Shown here: positions 1 to 7,256 of the stretch, piece by piece
Layout of the letters: the number at the start of each line of letters is the position of its first letter
Position numbering within the stretch: the first letter of the stretch is position 1
From: Caedimonas varicaedens
Lineage (GTDB): Bacteria; Pseudomonadota; Alphaproteobacteria; Caedimonadales; Caedimonadaceae
Length of the DNA stretch: 11,114 bases
Reading direction: 5' to 3'
Assembly: GCA_001192655.1 (NCBI GenBank)
Contig: BBVC01000091.1
Location: forward strand, 1-11,114
Notes under the pieces: generated by a model
What the model saw: only the letters and a program-made list of their open reading frames with translations
What the model was told of the DNA's origin: nothing
Databases searched by the model: none
Translations under genes and position numbers: made by a program

Positions 1-2
1 AG

Positions 3-488
3 CTATATCATCTTGATCGTTGGTTTTTTATCAAGAATTGGGTAGAACGGGATAAGGTAGAATTTCTCTCCCTTCAAAAAGACTTTGTGGATCAGGAGCG
101 TTGGATCATTGATGGTAACGCCATGCGCTCTCTTGATATGCGATATTGTCGCGCAGATGTCGCCATCTTTTTTTGTTATCCCAAAATAACCTGTCTCTTT
201 CGTGCCGTGCAAAGACTCTTCCATAAAAATCCTGACATTCACGATCGTGCTGAAGGTTGCAGAGAAGCGGTGCGTTGGGATTTTGTCAAATACCTGTGGA
301 CATTTGAAAAAAGATTTACACCCCTGATTGAACAGTTGCAGATGCAATATCCCAAAACGTTATTCTTCAAAATTACACATAATCAAGAGAAGAATAATCT
401 CGAAAAAATTCTCAAAGAAAATCTCTCTTTTATCGATGCTCTTGTAAATAAGACAAGAGAGAGTAGAATAAAAGATGAGAGAAGATAA
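3..488 (+). CDS. FlaR-like 'topology modulation' protein, an adenylate-kinase-like P-loop NTPase. The 5' end lies outside the window.
   Basis: The frame is open from the window edge. Translation from nt 3 gives LYHLDRWFFIKNWVERDKVEFLSLQKDFVDQERWIIDGN, which runs directly into track ORF 87..488. The pattern HLD..FW..W, WIIDGN, a D..IFF block and AEGC matches my memory of the C-terminal two-thirds of short FlaR-type kinases. The Walker A motif would lie upstream of nt 1. The stop codon TAA is at 486-488. Confidence 0.65.
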   Translation, partial: LYHLDRWFFIKNWVERDKVEFLSLQKDFVDQERWIIDGNAMRSLDMRYCRADVAIFFCYPKITCLFRAVQRLFHKNPDIHDRAEGCREAVRWDFVKYLWTFEKRFTPLIEQLQMQYPKTLFFKITHNQEKNNLEKILKENLSFIDALVNKTRESRIKDERR

Positions 489-582
489 ATATATTGAAGC
501 CTTGATTTTAACCTATTTTTAAAGTGAATGTTTTATTCTGAAAATTGAGGTGCTTATATTACTTCTTAAAAAGGAGAGTAAG

Positions 583-795
583 ATGTATAAAAATGCTGTT
601 ATTATTTCAATGACAATGCTTTTACTCGTTTCTTGCACGACAACTGAAAAAGAGACCTCAAGCACACTGGTAGGTGCTGCGGGAGGCGCTGTTATTGGTT
701 CGGCTTTTGGTGGTGGTGCAGGACGCTATCTGGGTGCTGCTGTGGGCGCTGCAGGCGGTGCATATGTCGGAAATATGGTGGGGAAAAAGCTCTGA
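583..795 (+). CDS. Small glycine-zipper lipoprotein, similar to Pcp/SlyB and the N-terminal region of the rickettsial 17-kDa antigen.
   Basis: The track ORF starts at a GTG at 550. The ATG at 583 is preceded by AAGGAG (572-576) at a 6-nt spacing, so I prefer it. The signal peptide MYKNAVIISMTMLLLVS|C carries the lipobox L-V-S-C. The mature part consists of repeated GxxxG/A glycine-zipper units (VGAAGGAVIGSAFGGGAG..GAAVGAAGGAYVGNMVG). Confidence 0.75.
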   Translation: MYKNAVIISMTMLLLVSCTTTEKETSSTLVGAAGGAVIGSAFGGGAGRYLGAAVGAAGGAYVGNMVGKKL

Positions 796-881
796 CATTC
801 CAAGATAGAGCAGACTTTTTCTGAAGTTTGATTTGCTTTTTCTTTCAGAGAATCGCATGGGTGGAGATTATGAATAAAGGT

Positions 882-2090
882 TTATACTCCTGCCCATTTT
901 TTCTTTTGAATGTCTAAAGTATCTGTGCGTATTGCTTCACGAATGTTTTTCAATAGTTCATTCATAAAATAGACATTATGGATGGTGAGTGCCTGCAAAG
1001 CCAGCATCTCCTGAGCTTTTAAAAGATGATGCAGATAAGCGCGAGAAAAATTTTGGCAGCTATGACAGCCACATGATTCATCAATAGGTCTGGAATCCTC
1101 GCGATAAATCTTATTTCTCAAGTTAATATGCTCTCCGCCCTTCCCTTCATATCGCATCCAATGATCAGCTGTCACCAGAGCACCACCATGTCTTGCCAAG
1201 CGGGTAGGGTGAACGCAATCAAACGTATCAATTCCCTGCTCTACCCCATTAAAAATATCACTGATTCCCCCAATTCCCAGCAGATGAACAGGTCGTTCAG
1301 GGTCAAGCATTTTTAAAGTCAATCCAACAATATCGTGCATTTGTTCTTTTGAAGCACCTAGCGACCCTCCAACAGCATGACCAAAAAAGGGATGATGATT
1401 AACGAATTCTGCTCCTTGCCGGCGCAAATCCTCATAAATCCCTCCTTGGATAATGCCATATAATGCTTGTCGCCCATCATTACCACGCTGAAACTCGGCC
1501 AGACTACGCAAAGCCCAACGATGAGAAAGGTGCATGGAACACTCTGTATAAGATTTATCCACATGAAAAGGCGTACATTCATCAAGAACAACAATCAAGT
1601 CTGCTCCTAATTGACGCTGAATTTCAAGAGACCGCTCAGGTGTCAGCAAAAAAATCTGGCCATTGATATAGGACTTGAAACGGGCTCCCTCTTCTGTAAT
1701 TTTCAACATTGTCTTGGGACGATGAGTCACTCGTTTTCCCTTAATTTCACTGGCAACAGAACCATGTCCAAGACTGAAAATCTGGTATCCCCCAGAATCC
1801 GTCAGCATAGGCCCATCCCACCCTATAAACTTGTGCAATCCTCCCATTTTTTCAACCAGTTCACTTCCGGGTTGAAGCATCATATGGTAAGTATTGGAAA
1901 GAATGATCTGTGTTCCGGCTGCTTTCATTTCCCGTGGAAAAGCGCCTTTAATAGCCCCCTTGGTTGCACAAAAAATAAATGCAGGGGTTTCAATTGTCCC
2001 ATGAGGCGTTTTCAACAAGCCCGCACGAGCCCCTGACACGGCAGAACGATGGGTAATATTAAAACTAAACTTTGGATAAAGGGACATCAA
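882..2090 (-). CDS. tgt: tRNA-guanine(34) transglycosylase (queuine tRNA-ribosyltransferase), divergent subtype.
   Basis: The 402-aa product has the Tgt hallmarks. These are LTDSGGYQ and LDECTP (catalytic/substrate Asp), GISD (position of the nucleophile Asp) and the zinc site CGCHSC...H followed by RAYLHHL. The pocket motif is unusual: GGSLGAS (nt 1350-1370) where GGLAVGE/GGLSVGE is expected. It also has HLLGIGG instead of YLMGVG and an extra ~20-aa segment after DSGGYQIFSL. The 5' end overlaps the upstream gene's stop by 26 nt. Confidence 0.93.
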   Translation of the reverse strand: MMSLYPKFSFNITHRSAVSGARAGLLKTPHGTIETPAFIFCATKGAIKGAFPREMKAAGTQIILSNTYHMMLQPGSELVEKMGGLHKFIGWDGPMLTDSGGYQIFSLGHGSVASEIKGKRVTHRPKTMLKITEEGARFKSYINGQIFLLTPERSLEIQRQLGADLIVVLDECTPFHVDKSYTECSMHLSHRWALRSLAEFQRGNDGRQALYGIIQGGIYEDLRRQGAEFVNHHPFFGHAVGGSLGASKEQMHDIVGLTLKMLDPERPVHLLGIGGISDIFNGVEQGIDTFDCVHPTRLARHGGALVTADHWMRYEGKGGEHINLRNKIYREDSRPIDESCGCHSCQNFSRAYLHHLLKAQEMLALQALTIHNVYFMNELLKNIREAIRTDTLDIQKKKWAGV

Positions 2091-2862
2091 ATTTTCTCTT
2101 TTCCTGAACCAGTAAACGTGACAAGTACATCACAGGAATATTAAGGATAGAAAGAAGAAGACGAAAGCCATACGTCCCCAAAATATAACTATAGAATAAA
2201 GTCTTTCCATCTATAGGATGAGAAGCGAACACAACCCACGCCAATGTGCTGAAAATAACATTATCCATCAGCGATGCAAGGATATTGGAAAGAGCTGTAC
2301 GTAACCACAGGGCGCGTGCTTTTGTTAAGACTTTTATAAACTGATAAATCCTTATGTCCGTGTATTGACTGATAACATAGGAAATCAAGCTTGCCGCAAA
2401 AATGGCAGGAGCTGGTAAAAACAGAACAGAAATCGCATCGTGTGCCCTGTTAAAGCAAAGATAGGGACTGTCAGGTGTCAAGGTTAAGGGACGCACCCCA
2501 AGGGCAAGCATCATGAAGCCTGTCATCAGGACACACGCCCCAAAACTCAACCAAACGGCCCGCCGGGCAGCGTGTACACCATAATATTCTGTGATCATAT
2601 CCATCACCAGAAAAGTTGATGAAAAAACCAGTGTCCCCAAGACAATCGGCTGATCATAAAAACTATATTGCCCTGCTTTCAAGACCTGAAGATTGGCAGA
2701 AAGAAAGGCAACGATGATATAAAGAACAAGGCCACTCTCGCCAAAAAGACGGAATAAAGTCAGAATACTAACGGTACAAAAGAAAAAAGAAATAACCCCT
2801 ATCACTTCAGGGGGATAGATATTCATCAAATCAATCAGAGAACTAAAATCAAAAGAAACCAT
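2065..2862 (-). CDS. yhhQ: Queuosine-precursor (preQ0/preQ1/queuine) transporter of the YhhQ/DUF165 (VUT) family.
   Basis: This is a polytopic membrane protein of about 265 aa. The motifs FSSTFLVMDMITEYYG and SYVISQYTDIRIYQFIK resemble the conserved YhhQ blocks as I remember them. The track start at 2868 is a TTG, and the ATG at 2862 (MVSFDF...) is more likely. The 3' end overlaps tgt. Confidence 0.8.
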   Translation of the reverse strand: MVSFDFSSLIDLMNIYPPEVIGVISFFFCTVSILTLFRLFGESGLVLYIIVAFLSANLQVLKAGQYSFYDQPIVLGTLVFSSTFLVMDMITEYYGVHAARRAVWLSFGACVLMTGFMMLALGVRPLTLTPDSPYLCFNRAHDAISVLFLPAPAIFAASLISYVISQYTDIRIYQFIKVLTKARALWLRTALSNILASLMDNVIFSTLAWVVFASHPIDGKTLFYSYILGTYGFRLLLSILNIPVMYLSRLLVQEKRKFDVPLSKV

Positions 2863-2867
2863 GATCA

Positions 2868-2892
2868 AAAGGGGGATATTCTCTACCCCTTT
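2868..2892 (-). terminator. Short hairpin between rpmB and yhhQ, possibly a weak intrinsic terminator or attenuator.
   Basis: The minus-strand RNA reads AAAGGGG-(11 nt loop)-CCCCUUUU. The 7-bp stem has 4 GC and 3 AU pairs, followed by only a U4 run that ends 4 nt before the yhhQ ATG. No Shine-Dalgarno sequence is visible between the hairpin and the ATG. Confidence 0.3.
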
Positions 2893-2922
2893 CCTATAAT
2901 ATAAAACATATAATCCAAAAAA

Positions 2923-3210
2923 TCAGGCGCGACTTACGGACGACTTTTCAATGCGGCGCTTCAGAAGAAGCGCTTTATGACTGAGTTTTGAATCATTGAC
3001 TGACATCAAAAAAGAATCAAGTCCGCCGTTTATCTCAATTGTCCGCACGGCACGCGCAGACACACGCAAGCGAACCTTTCCCAAACGATCGCTGATAAAG
3101 GAAACAACCTGCATATTCGGCAAGAAACGACGACGCGTCTTGTTATTCGCGTGACTCACGTTATTACCCGACATTACCTGCTTTCCAGTAATCATACACC
3201 TGCGCGCCAT
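2923..3210 (-). CDS. rpmB: 50S ribosomal protein L28.
   Basis: The product [34 protein letters not shown]... is a textbook L28 N-terminus, and 95 aa is the long proteobacterial form. A GGAG sequence lies 7 nt upstream of the ATG. Confidence 0.95.
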   Translation of the reverse strand: MARRCMITGKQVMSGNNVSHANNKTRRRFLPNMQVVSFISDRLGKVRLRVSARAVRTIEINGGLDSFLMSVNDSKLSHKALLLKRRIEKSSVSRA

Positions 3211-3245
3211 GGCAAAACTCCACTCTTAAAAAACATGTTGTTTGA

Positions 3246-3273
3246 CTTATAACAAGGATACAGCTTGCGTCAA
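3246..3273 (-). promoter_or_regulatory. Putative sigma70-type promoter for rpmB (and possibly yhhQ-tgt).
   Basis: The minus strand reads TTGACG (3273-3268), a 16-nt spacer, then TATAAG (3251-3246). This places the -10 hexamer about 36 nt upstream of the rpmB ATG. It is based on a sequence match only. Confidence 0.4.
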
Positions 3274-3310
3274 GGATTTTATCACAAAAGTTATGCACTA
3301 AAAGGAAGAT

Positions 3311-3994
3311 TTAACAATCCTGTTCAAGGCACGCACGCGCCATTGTCAGAGTTGCATTCTTTTTTTGCGCCAGTGTTTCCATGTTAAGTCTTCTTGCAAA
3401 GTCTTGAACAGACTTAAACGATCTTTCCATACGTGGCAAGACATAGGAAATCACATTTTCAGGCACAGCTATCTGAAAATCAGCAAAGCGCTTTCTTAAT
3501 ACTGCCCGAAGAACCTCGTCATCAGGAGTTTCAAGAGTTTGAAGAGGCAGTGAATATAAACGCGATTTCAGATCAAGCAATACAAGAGGCCATTCCTGCG
3601 GCAATGTTTGTGACAGAATCAATAAGGCTCCTTGATGCTCGCAAACCAGATTATAAAGATGGAAGACATCTTGTTCCAAGACGTTTCCAGGGAAATCATC
3701 CAGGATGAAAGCAACCCTCTTTTGAGCACTTTCAAGATGCTCTTTCCCCTCTTCCAGACAATGGGTGAGATTCAGAAAAATCCCATGGTTCAGTTCCTGC
3801 CAAATCCTGGCAAGATGAGTTTTGCCTGAACCTGAAGGGCCGACGAGGAGCTGTCCACAAGCTTTTCCCCATGCCTTTTTTTCAATGATCGCCTGAAAGG
3901 CGCGATCATTGGAAACTCCTCGGAAAAAGTCTTCCTGTGCATATAAACTTTCTCGTTCGAGGTTAAAAGCAAGCTGGGTGTGAGAAGAAGTCAT
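3311..3994 (-). CDS. hda: DnaA-related regulatory inactivator Hda (HdaA).
   Basis: The 227-aa product is a short DnaA domain-III paralogue. It has an N-terminal clamp-binding-like hexapeptide QLAFNL (residues 7-12), the Walker A GPSGSGKTH, the Walker B ILDDF and the box VII DLKSRL arginine. It has no DnaA domain IV. Confidence 0.85.
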   Translation of the reverse strand: MTSSHTQLAFNLERESLYAQEDFFRGVSNDRAFQAIIEKKAWGKACGQLLVGPSGSGKTHLARIWQELNHGIFLNLTHCLEEGKEHLESAQKRVAFILDDFPGNVLEQDVFHLYNLVCEHQGALLILSQTLPQEWPLVLLDLKSRLYSLPLQTLETPDDEVLRAVLRKRFADFQIAVPENVISYVLPRMERSFKSVQDFARRLNMETLAQKKNATLTMARACLEQDC

Positions 3995-4002
3995 AAAATA
4001 TT

Positions 4003-5076
4003 CTAGCCATGCCCGTGATAAAAATCACTTTGAAAGTATTTATTCATAAAAAACCGCACAACAACGCCAAGTGTTGCCGCCACAGGCATTGCCAGAAACA
4101 TCCCCAAAAAGCCAAACAAAAGACCGCCTGCAAGCAAGGAAAAAATAATCCAAACCGGGTGCAACCCTATGCGATCACCAATAAGTTTGGGCGTCAGAAA
4201 ATAAGCTTCTGCCGATAAACCTATTAAAAATACGAAGGCCACCCACCCAATAGAAGCCCAATCGTGAAATTGCGCCATCGCCAGGCCAATCGCGCTGACA
4301 GCGCCAATCAAAAAACCAACATAAGGAATAAAAGCAAGAATACCCGTGGCAATACCAATGGTTATTGCATAATCCAATCCCGCCATCATCAAACCTGTTG
4401 AGTAAATAATAGACAAACATAAACAAACAAGGCACTGTCCCCGCAAATAGCTTCCCAATGTTTTATTGATCTGATTAATTTGAGTCATAATCGTGCGTGC
4501 CTGATCCCTGGGCAGAAGTTTTTCCATCCCTACAGTAAATCGGGACCAATCTCGCAATAAATAAAAGGCAACGACAGGCGTCAAAATAACCAGGGAAATC
4601 AAGTTGGCCAAAGCCAGTGTATTACCCAGAATACCAACCGCGGCAGAAAGGCTCCATTTAAACATATCCCCCATATAGGCGCTTGCTTTTTCCTTGAGCT
4701 GTTCTACATCCTGAATACTGACAAAGTCACTGAATTGGCTCAAAAAAGGTTGTAAGGTGCCATAAATTCTTTCTCCATAAGAAGGAAGTCGTTTCGTCAG
4801 GGCAATCAACTCATTTTGAAGAAAAGGAATAGCAAAAAGAAAAAATTCAATGATTGTTAAAAAAGAAAGCAGAATAAGAATGGCTGAGCCCAATGTGCGC
4901 GGAATATGAACTTCTTCTAGTCGTGCAACGACAGGATTAAGAAGATAAGCAATAATGAGACCGACAACAAAAGGCAAAAGAATTCCCTTCACTGTATAAA
5001 TCCCCAACACCCCCAAAATAATAATAATGCTCCAAATCCAGAATTTTCGATTCAACGCGTAAGAGTGCATTTCCAT
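4003..5076 (-). CDS. AI-2E family transporter (PerM/YhhT, UPF0118) permease.
   Basis: The 357-aa polytopic membrane protein has the typical N-terminal LPFVVGLIIAYLLNPVV block and the C-terminal PKLIGDRIGLHPVWIIFSLLAGGLLFGFLGMFLAMPV block. It starts 2 nt after the upstream stop codon. Confidence 0.88.
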   Translation of the reverse strand: MEMHSYALNRKFWIWSIIIILGVLGIYTVKGILLPFVVGLIIAYLLNPVVARLEEVHIPRTLGSAILILLSFLTIIEFFLFAIPFLQNELIALTKRLPSYGERIYGTLQPFLSQFSDFVSIQDVEQLKEKASAYMGDMFKWSLSAAVGILGNTLALANLISLVILTPVVAFYLLRDWSRFTVGMEKLLPRDQARTIMTQINQINKTLGSYLRGQCLVCLCLSIIYSTGLMMAGLDYAITIGIATGILAFIPYVGFLIGAVSAIGLAMAQFHDWASIGWVAFVFLIGLSAEAYFLTPKLIGDRIGLHPVWIIFSLLAGGLLFGFLGMFLAMPVAATLGVVVRFFMNKYFQSDFYHGHG

Positions 5077-5078
5077 GT

Positions 5079-5618
5079 TTATTTTACTTCCTTCCCTAGG
5101 GTGCGTCCCAAAACTTTAATATACCCTCCCGCCGACAAAAATGTCGTCAGAGCTGTCAGAGAAAACAAGGCTGCAAGTATTTCAAGAGTTAAAAGAGAGT
5201 AGGCTTCCTGAACTAGAACAGCAACAACAACGATAATTTGAAAAAAAGTATTTACTTTACTGATCATAAGCGGTTTGATTTGAAATTTTTTTTTCATACC
5301 CCACAACAAGATAACGCCGCCCAAAATCAGAATATCACGAAAAACCACAAGAATAACCAGCCATAAAGGAATAAGAGATTTAACAGATAAGGCAATAAAC
5401 GCTCCTATCAGGAGTAATTTATCTGCAAAAGGATCCAGATAAGCCCCCAACAATGAATATACTTTGAGAGTTCGCGCCAACAACCCATCTAAAACATCTG
5501 ATAAACCGGCGATGAGAGTAATCCAAAAAGCTTGCCGATAATCTCCTGTAAGAATAAGCCACACGATGAGAGGAACAGAAAAAATTCTTCCAAGAGTAAT
5601 AAAATTAGGCCAGGTCAT
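5079..5618 (-). CDS. CDP-alcohol phosphatidyltransferase family protein (PgsA-like phosphatidylglycerophosphate synthase).
   Basis: The complete signature D-x2-DG-x2-AR-x8-G-x3-D-x3-D is present as DVLDGLLARTLKVYSLLGAYLDPFADK. The 179-aa, multi-TM architecture is that of PgsA. The start ATG overlaps the upstream stop codon (ATGA at 5615-5618). I cannot separate true pgsA from a paralogue by eye. Confidence 0.8.
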   Translation of the reverse strand: MTWPNFITLGRIFSVPLIVWLILTGDYRQAFWITLIAGLSDVLDGLLARTLKVYSLLGAYLDPFADKLLLIGAFIALSVKSLIPLWLVILVVFRDILILGGVILLWGMKKKFQIKPLMISKVNTFFQIIVVVAVLVQEAYSLLTLEILAALFSLTALTTFLSAGGYIKVLGRTLGKEVK

Positions 5619-6751
5619 TCCATGTCCTCTTCCCGAGGAGATAAAACAGTATCAGGGGCAGAAGAATTTTTTTCATTTTTTAGCATTTTATACCCTTTAA
5701 TCAACCTGCGTTGGGGCATTTGTGGATCAGGAGAGATATCAAATCCTTCTGCCTTCAAGGTGTTTTCCATTGCTTCCTGTTGCCCCACATATTCCAATGC
5801 TCCCAAAGCTTGACGACGCTTCAGAGAAGCAATATCAACTCTGCGAATAGCCCGAAGCCTTGATAATTTATTCTGAATGTCAAGCCATTCCTTATGATTA
5901 TCAAAAAGAATACGATAGTCAATCGTGTGGGCGGCTATCAGGGGATTGTTATCTTCTGCGTCAAGTTTTTTTCCTATTTCCAAGGTCTTCTCGATCGCTT
6001 TATGCGTCATGGCAAGCGTAAGGGTTTCTTCGCCCAACAGAGGAATAGACTCTTCCATATAACTGAGTCCCTCCTGGTTATAAATATAAACACTCAAAAT
6101 AAATGGGAAATCGTGTTTCAAAACAGCAACCAGAATCTGCCCCGCATGGTAACGTTGCATAAGACGCGCGATATTTTTCTTTTCTCCCTTTAAAACATGC
6201 TGAAGAGAAAGCTCTGATCTGTCATCTAGGTCTCCCATGGGAAGAACATACCGGGGATCAAGCCCGGCATACTCATTCCATGCCTCTCGCCACGGGTTTT
6301 TCTCTTCCCACAATTGACTTCCATGCCCTTCCTCGTAAACAGGAATAACAACAATGGTTGCATTCTTTTCAGCAGGCCGCAGACTTTTATTTCTGTGTGC
6401 GAGGAAATCCTGAACTCTGGAAGGATTAAAACGCAGGGTAAGAGCCCCTATATAGCGCACGGCTGAGTTTTTCTCGTTTTGTACTTCAAAGTCTTGAAGA
6501 AATGTATCCAGCTGTGCATCTGTTACGTCAGGTAAGGAAGCCACATCTTCAGGTGTCAGAATGCGTTCCATCAAGATTTTAAAGGCTTCACGCTGTCCTT
6601 GCGCAATCGCTTTCAACCTTGCTTCTGTGGCAGAAGAATCCGTCACGTCTACATGAATATTCTGTACTGTAAAACGATCATCGGCATAACCGGGCGAGAT
6701 CAAAAAGCTTGCCCAAATGAGCAGGAAAAGAATTCTGTTATAAAACTGCAT
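5615..6751 (-). CDS. Secreted protein of unknown function, probably of the DUF2066 family.
   Basis: The track start at 6775 is a TTG. The ATG at 6751 follows AGAGGA at a 4-nt spacing and gives a clean Sec signal peptide, MQFYNRILFLLIWASFLISPGYA|DD. The mature N-terminus FTVQNIHVDVTDSSATEARLKAIAQGQREAFKILMERI resembles the DUF2066 opening block. Its position next to hda and an AI-2E permease matches the synteny I recall for DUF2066. The family call is from memory and has not been verified. Confidence 0.6.
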   Translation of the reverse strand: MQFYNRILFLLIWASFLISPGYADDRFTVQNIHVDVTDSSATEARLKAIAQGQREAFKILMERILTPEDVASLPDVTDAQLDTFLQDFEVQNEKNSAVRYIGALTLRFNPSRVQDFLAHRNKSLRPAEKNATIVVIPVYEEGHGSQLWEEKNPWREAWNEYAGLDPRYVLPMGDLDDRSELSLQHVLKGEKKNIARLMQRYHAGQILVAVLKHDFPFILSVYIYNQEGLSYMEESIPLLGEETLTLAMTHKAIEKTLEIGKKLDAEDNNPLIAAHTIDYRILFDNHKEWLDIQNKLSRLRAIRRVDIASLKRRQALGALEYVGQQEAMENTLKAEGFDISPDPQMPQRRLIKGYKMLKNEKNSSAPDTVLSPREEDME

Positions 6752-6791
6752 CGATCCTCTTTCTGAACTTTCCAACGTCGATGCAATAATA

Positions 6792-7214
6792 TTACCCTAC
6801 TATTTCCATTTCACTAAAGAAGAATGAAATTTCACGGGCAGCATTTTCATCGGAATCCGAACCATGCACAGAATTTGCTTCGATAGATTCTGCAAAGTCT
6901 TTACGGATTGTCCCTTCCTGTGCATTGGCGGGGTTAGTGGCTCCCATAATGTCACGATAGCGCAGCACAGCGCCCGGACACTCCAAAACTTGCACAACGA
7001 TAGGATCACTGCTCATAAAAGCACAGAGATCATTAAAAAAGGAACGCTCTTTATGAACGTCATAAAACTTTTCAGCCATAGCGCGATCCATACGCAAACG
7101 CTTTTGCGCAATAATGCGAAATCCTGCTTTCTCAAGGCGCGCATTAATCTCTCCTGTTAAATTACGTCGCGTCGCATCAGGTTTAATAATTGATAGTGTG
7201 CGTGTTCCAGCCAT
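6792..7214 (-). CDS. ndk: Nucleoside diphosphate kinase.
   Basis: The product contains [17 protein letters not shown] (active-site His) and the usual Ndk core. The ATG at 7214 ([10 protein letters not shown]) is preceded by GGAG at a 7-nt spacing and gives the standard 140-aa length. The track start at 7226 lies within that RBS. Confidence 0.95.
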   Translation of the reverse strand: MAGTRTLSIIKPDATRRNLTGEINARLEKAGFRIIAQKRLRMDRAMAEKFYDVHKERSFFNDLCAFMSSDPIVVQVLECPGAVLRYRDIMGATNPANAQEGTIRKDFAESIEANSVHGSDSDENAAREISFFFSEMEIVG

Positions 7215-7256
7215 AATTTTCTCCATTCATTTCACTTTTCATTGATCATAAAAAAT

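Noticed and set aside
84-98. 15-nt direct repeat TTTGTGGATCAGGAG, found at 84-98 and again at 5719-5733. Each copy contains the DnaA-box-like sequence TGTGGATCA.
   Set aside because: Both copies lie inside unrelated coding regions on opposite coding strands, and the flanking bases differ immediately on both sides. A single 15-mer coincidence in an AT-biased 11-kb window is not very improbable, and nothing suggests a mobile-element end or a recombination site.
817-852. Hairpin between the convergent lipoprotein and tgt genes, considered as a bidirectional terminator.
   Set aside because: The 9-bp stem (TTTTCTGAA/TTCAGAGAA) includes a G-U pair and is AT-rich. It has an 18-nt loop and no U-tract after the stem on either strand. 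It is too weak to call an intrinsic terminator.
1555-1563. Perfect consensus DnaA box TTATCCACA inside the tgt coding region.
   Set aside because: It is a single isolated 9-mer inside a conserved ORF, with no neighbouring boxes or AT-rich unwinding element. A back-of-envelope estimate gives roughly a 1-in-10 chance of one such hit on either strand in 11 kb, so chance explains it adequately.
1611-2036. 141-aa plus-strand ORF antisense to tgt, together with the other antisense track ORFs. These are 3..347, 658..858, 1128..1316, 1358..1594, 1463..1666, 3433..3708, 3632..3829, 3790..3972, 4009..4218, 4175..4435, 5532..5813, 5894..6193, 6800..7009, 6864..7160, 7242..7475, 7502..7720, 7831..8097, 7866..8075, 8229..8492, 8407..8598, 8489..8764 and 8710..8928.
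   Set aside because: Each lies wholly within or opposite a confidently identified conserved gene. None has a recognisable motif or RBS, and their composition is odd (Cys, Arg and His rich, low complexity). They are shadow ORFs typical of the opposite strand of real genes.
2863-2922. Possible preQ1-I riboswitch upstream of the YhhQ-family transporter gene.
   Set aside because: The hairpin has a 5-7 bp stem and a ~11-nt loop, like a preQ1-I P1 stem. However, the loop (UAGAGAAUAUC) lacks the conserved loop pattern I recall from the Bacillus and Thermoanaerobacter examples. The 3' tail is UUUUGAUCAUG rather than the A-rich tail ending in CUA that forms the pseudoknot, and the spacer is too short for preQ1-III. 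A covariance-model scan would settle it.
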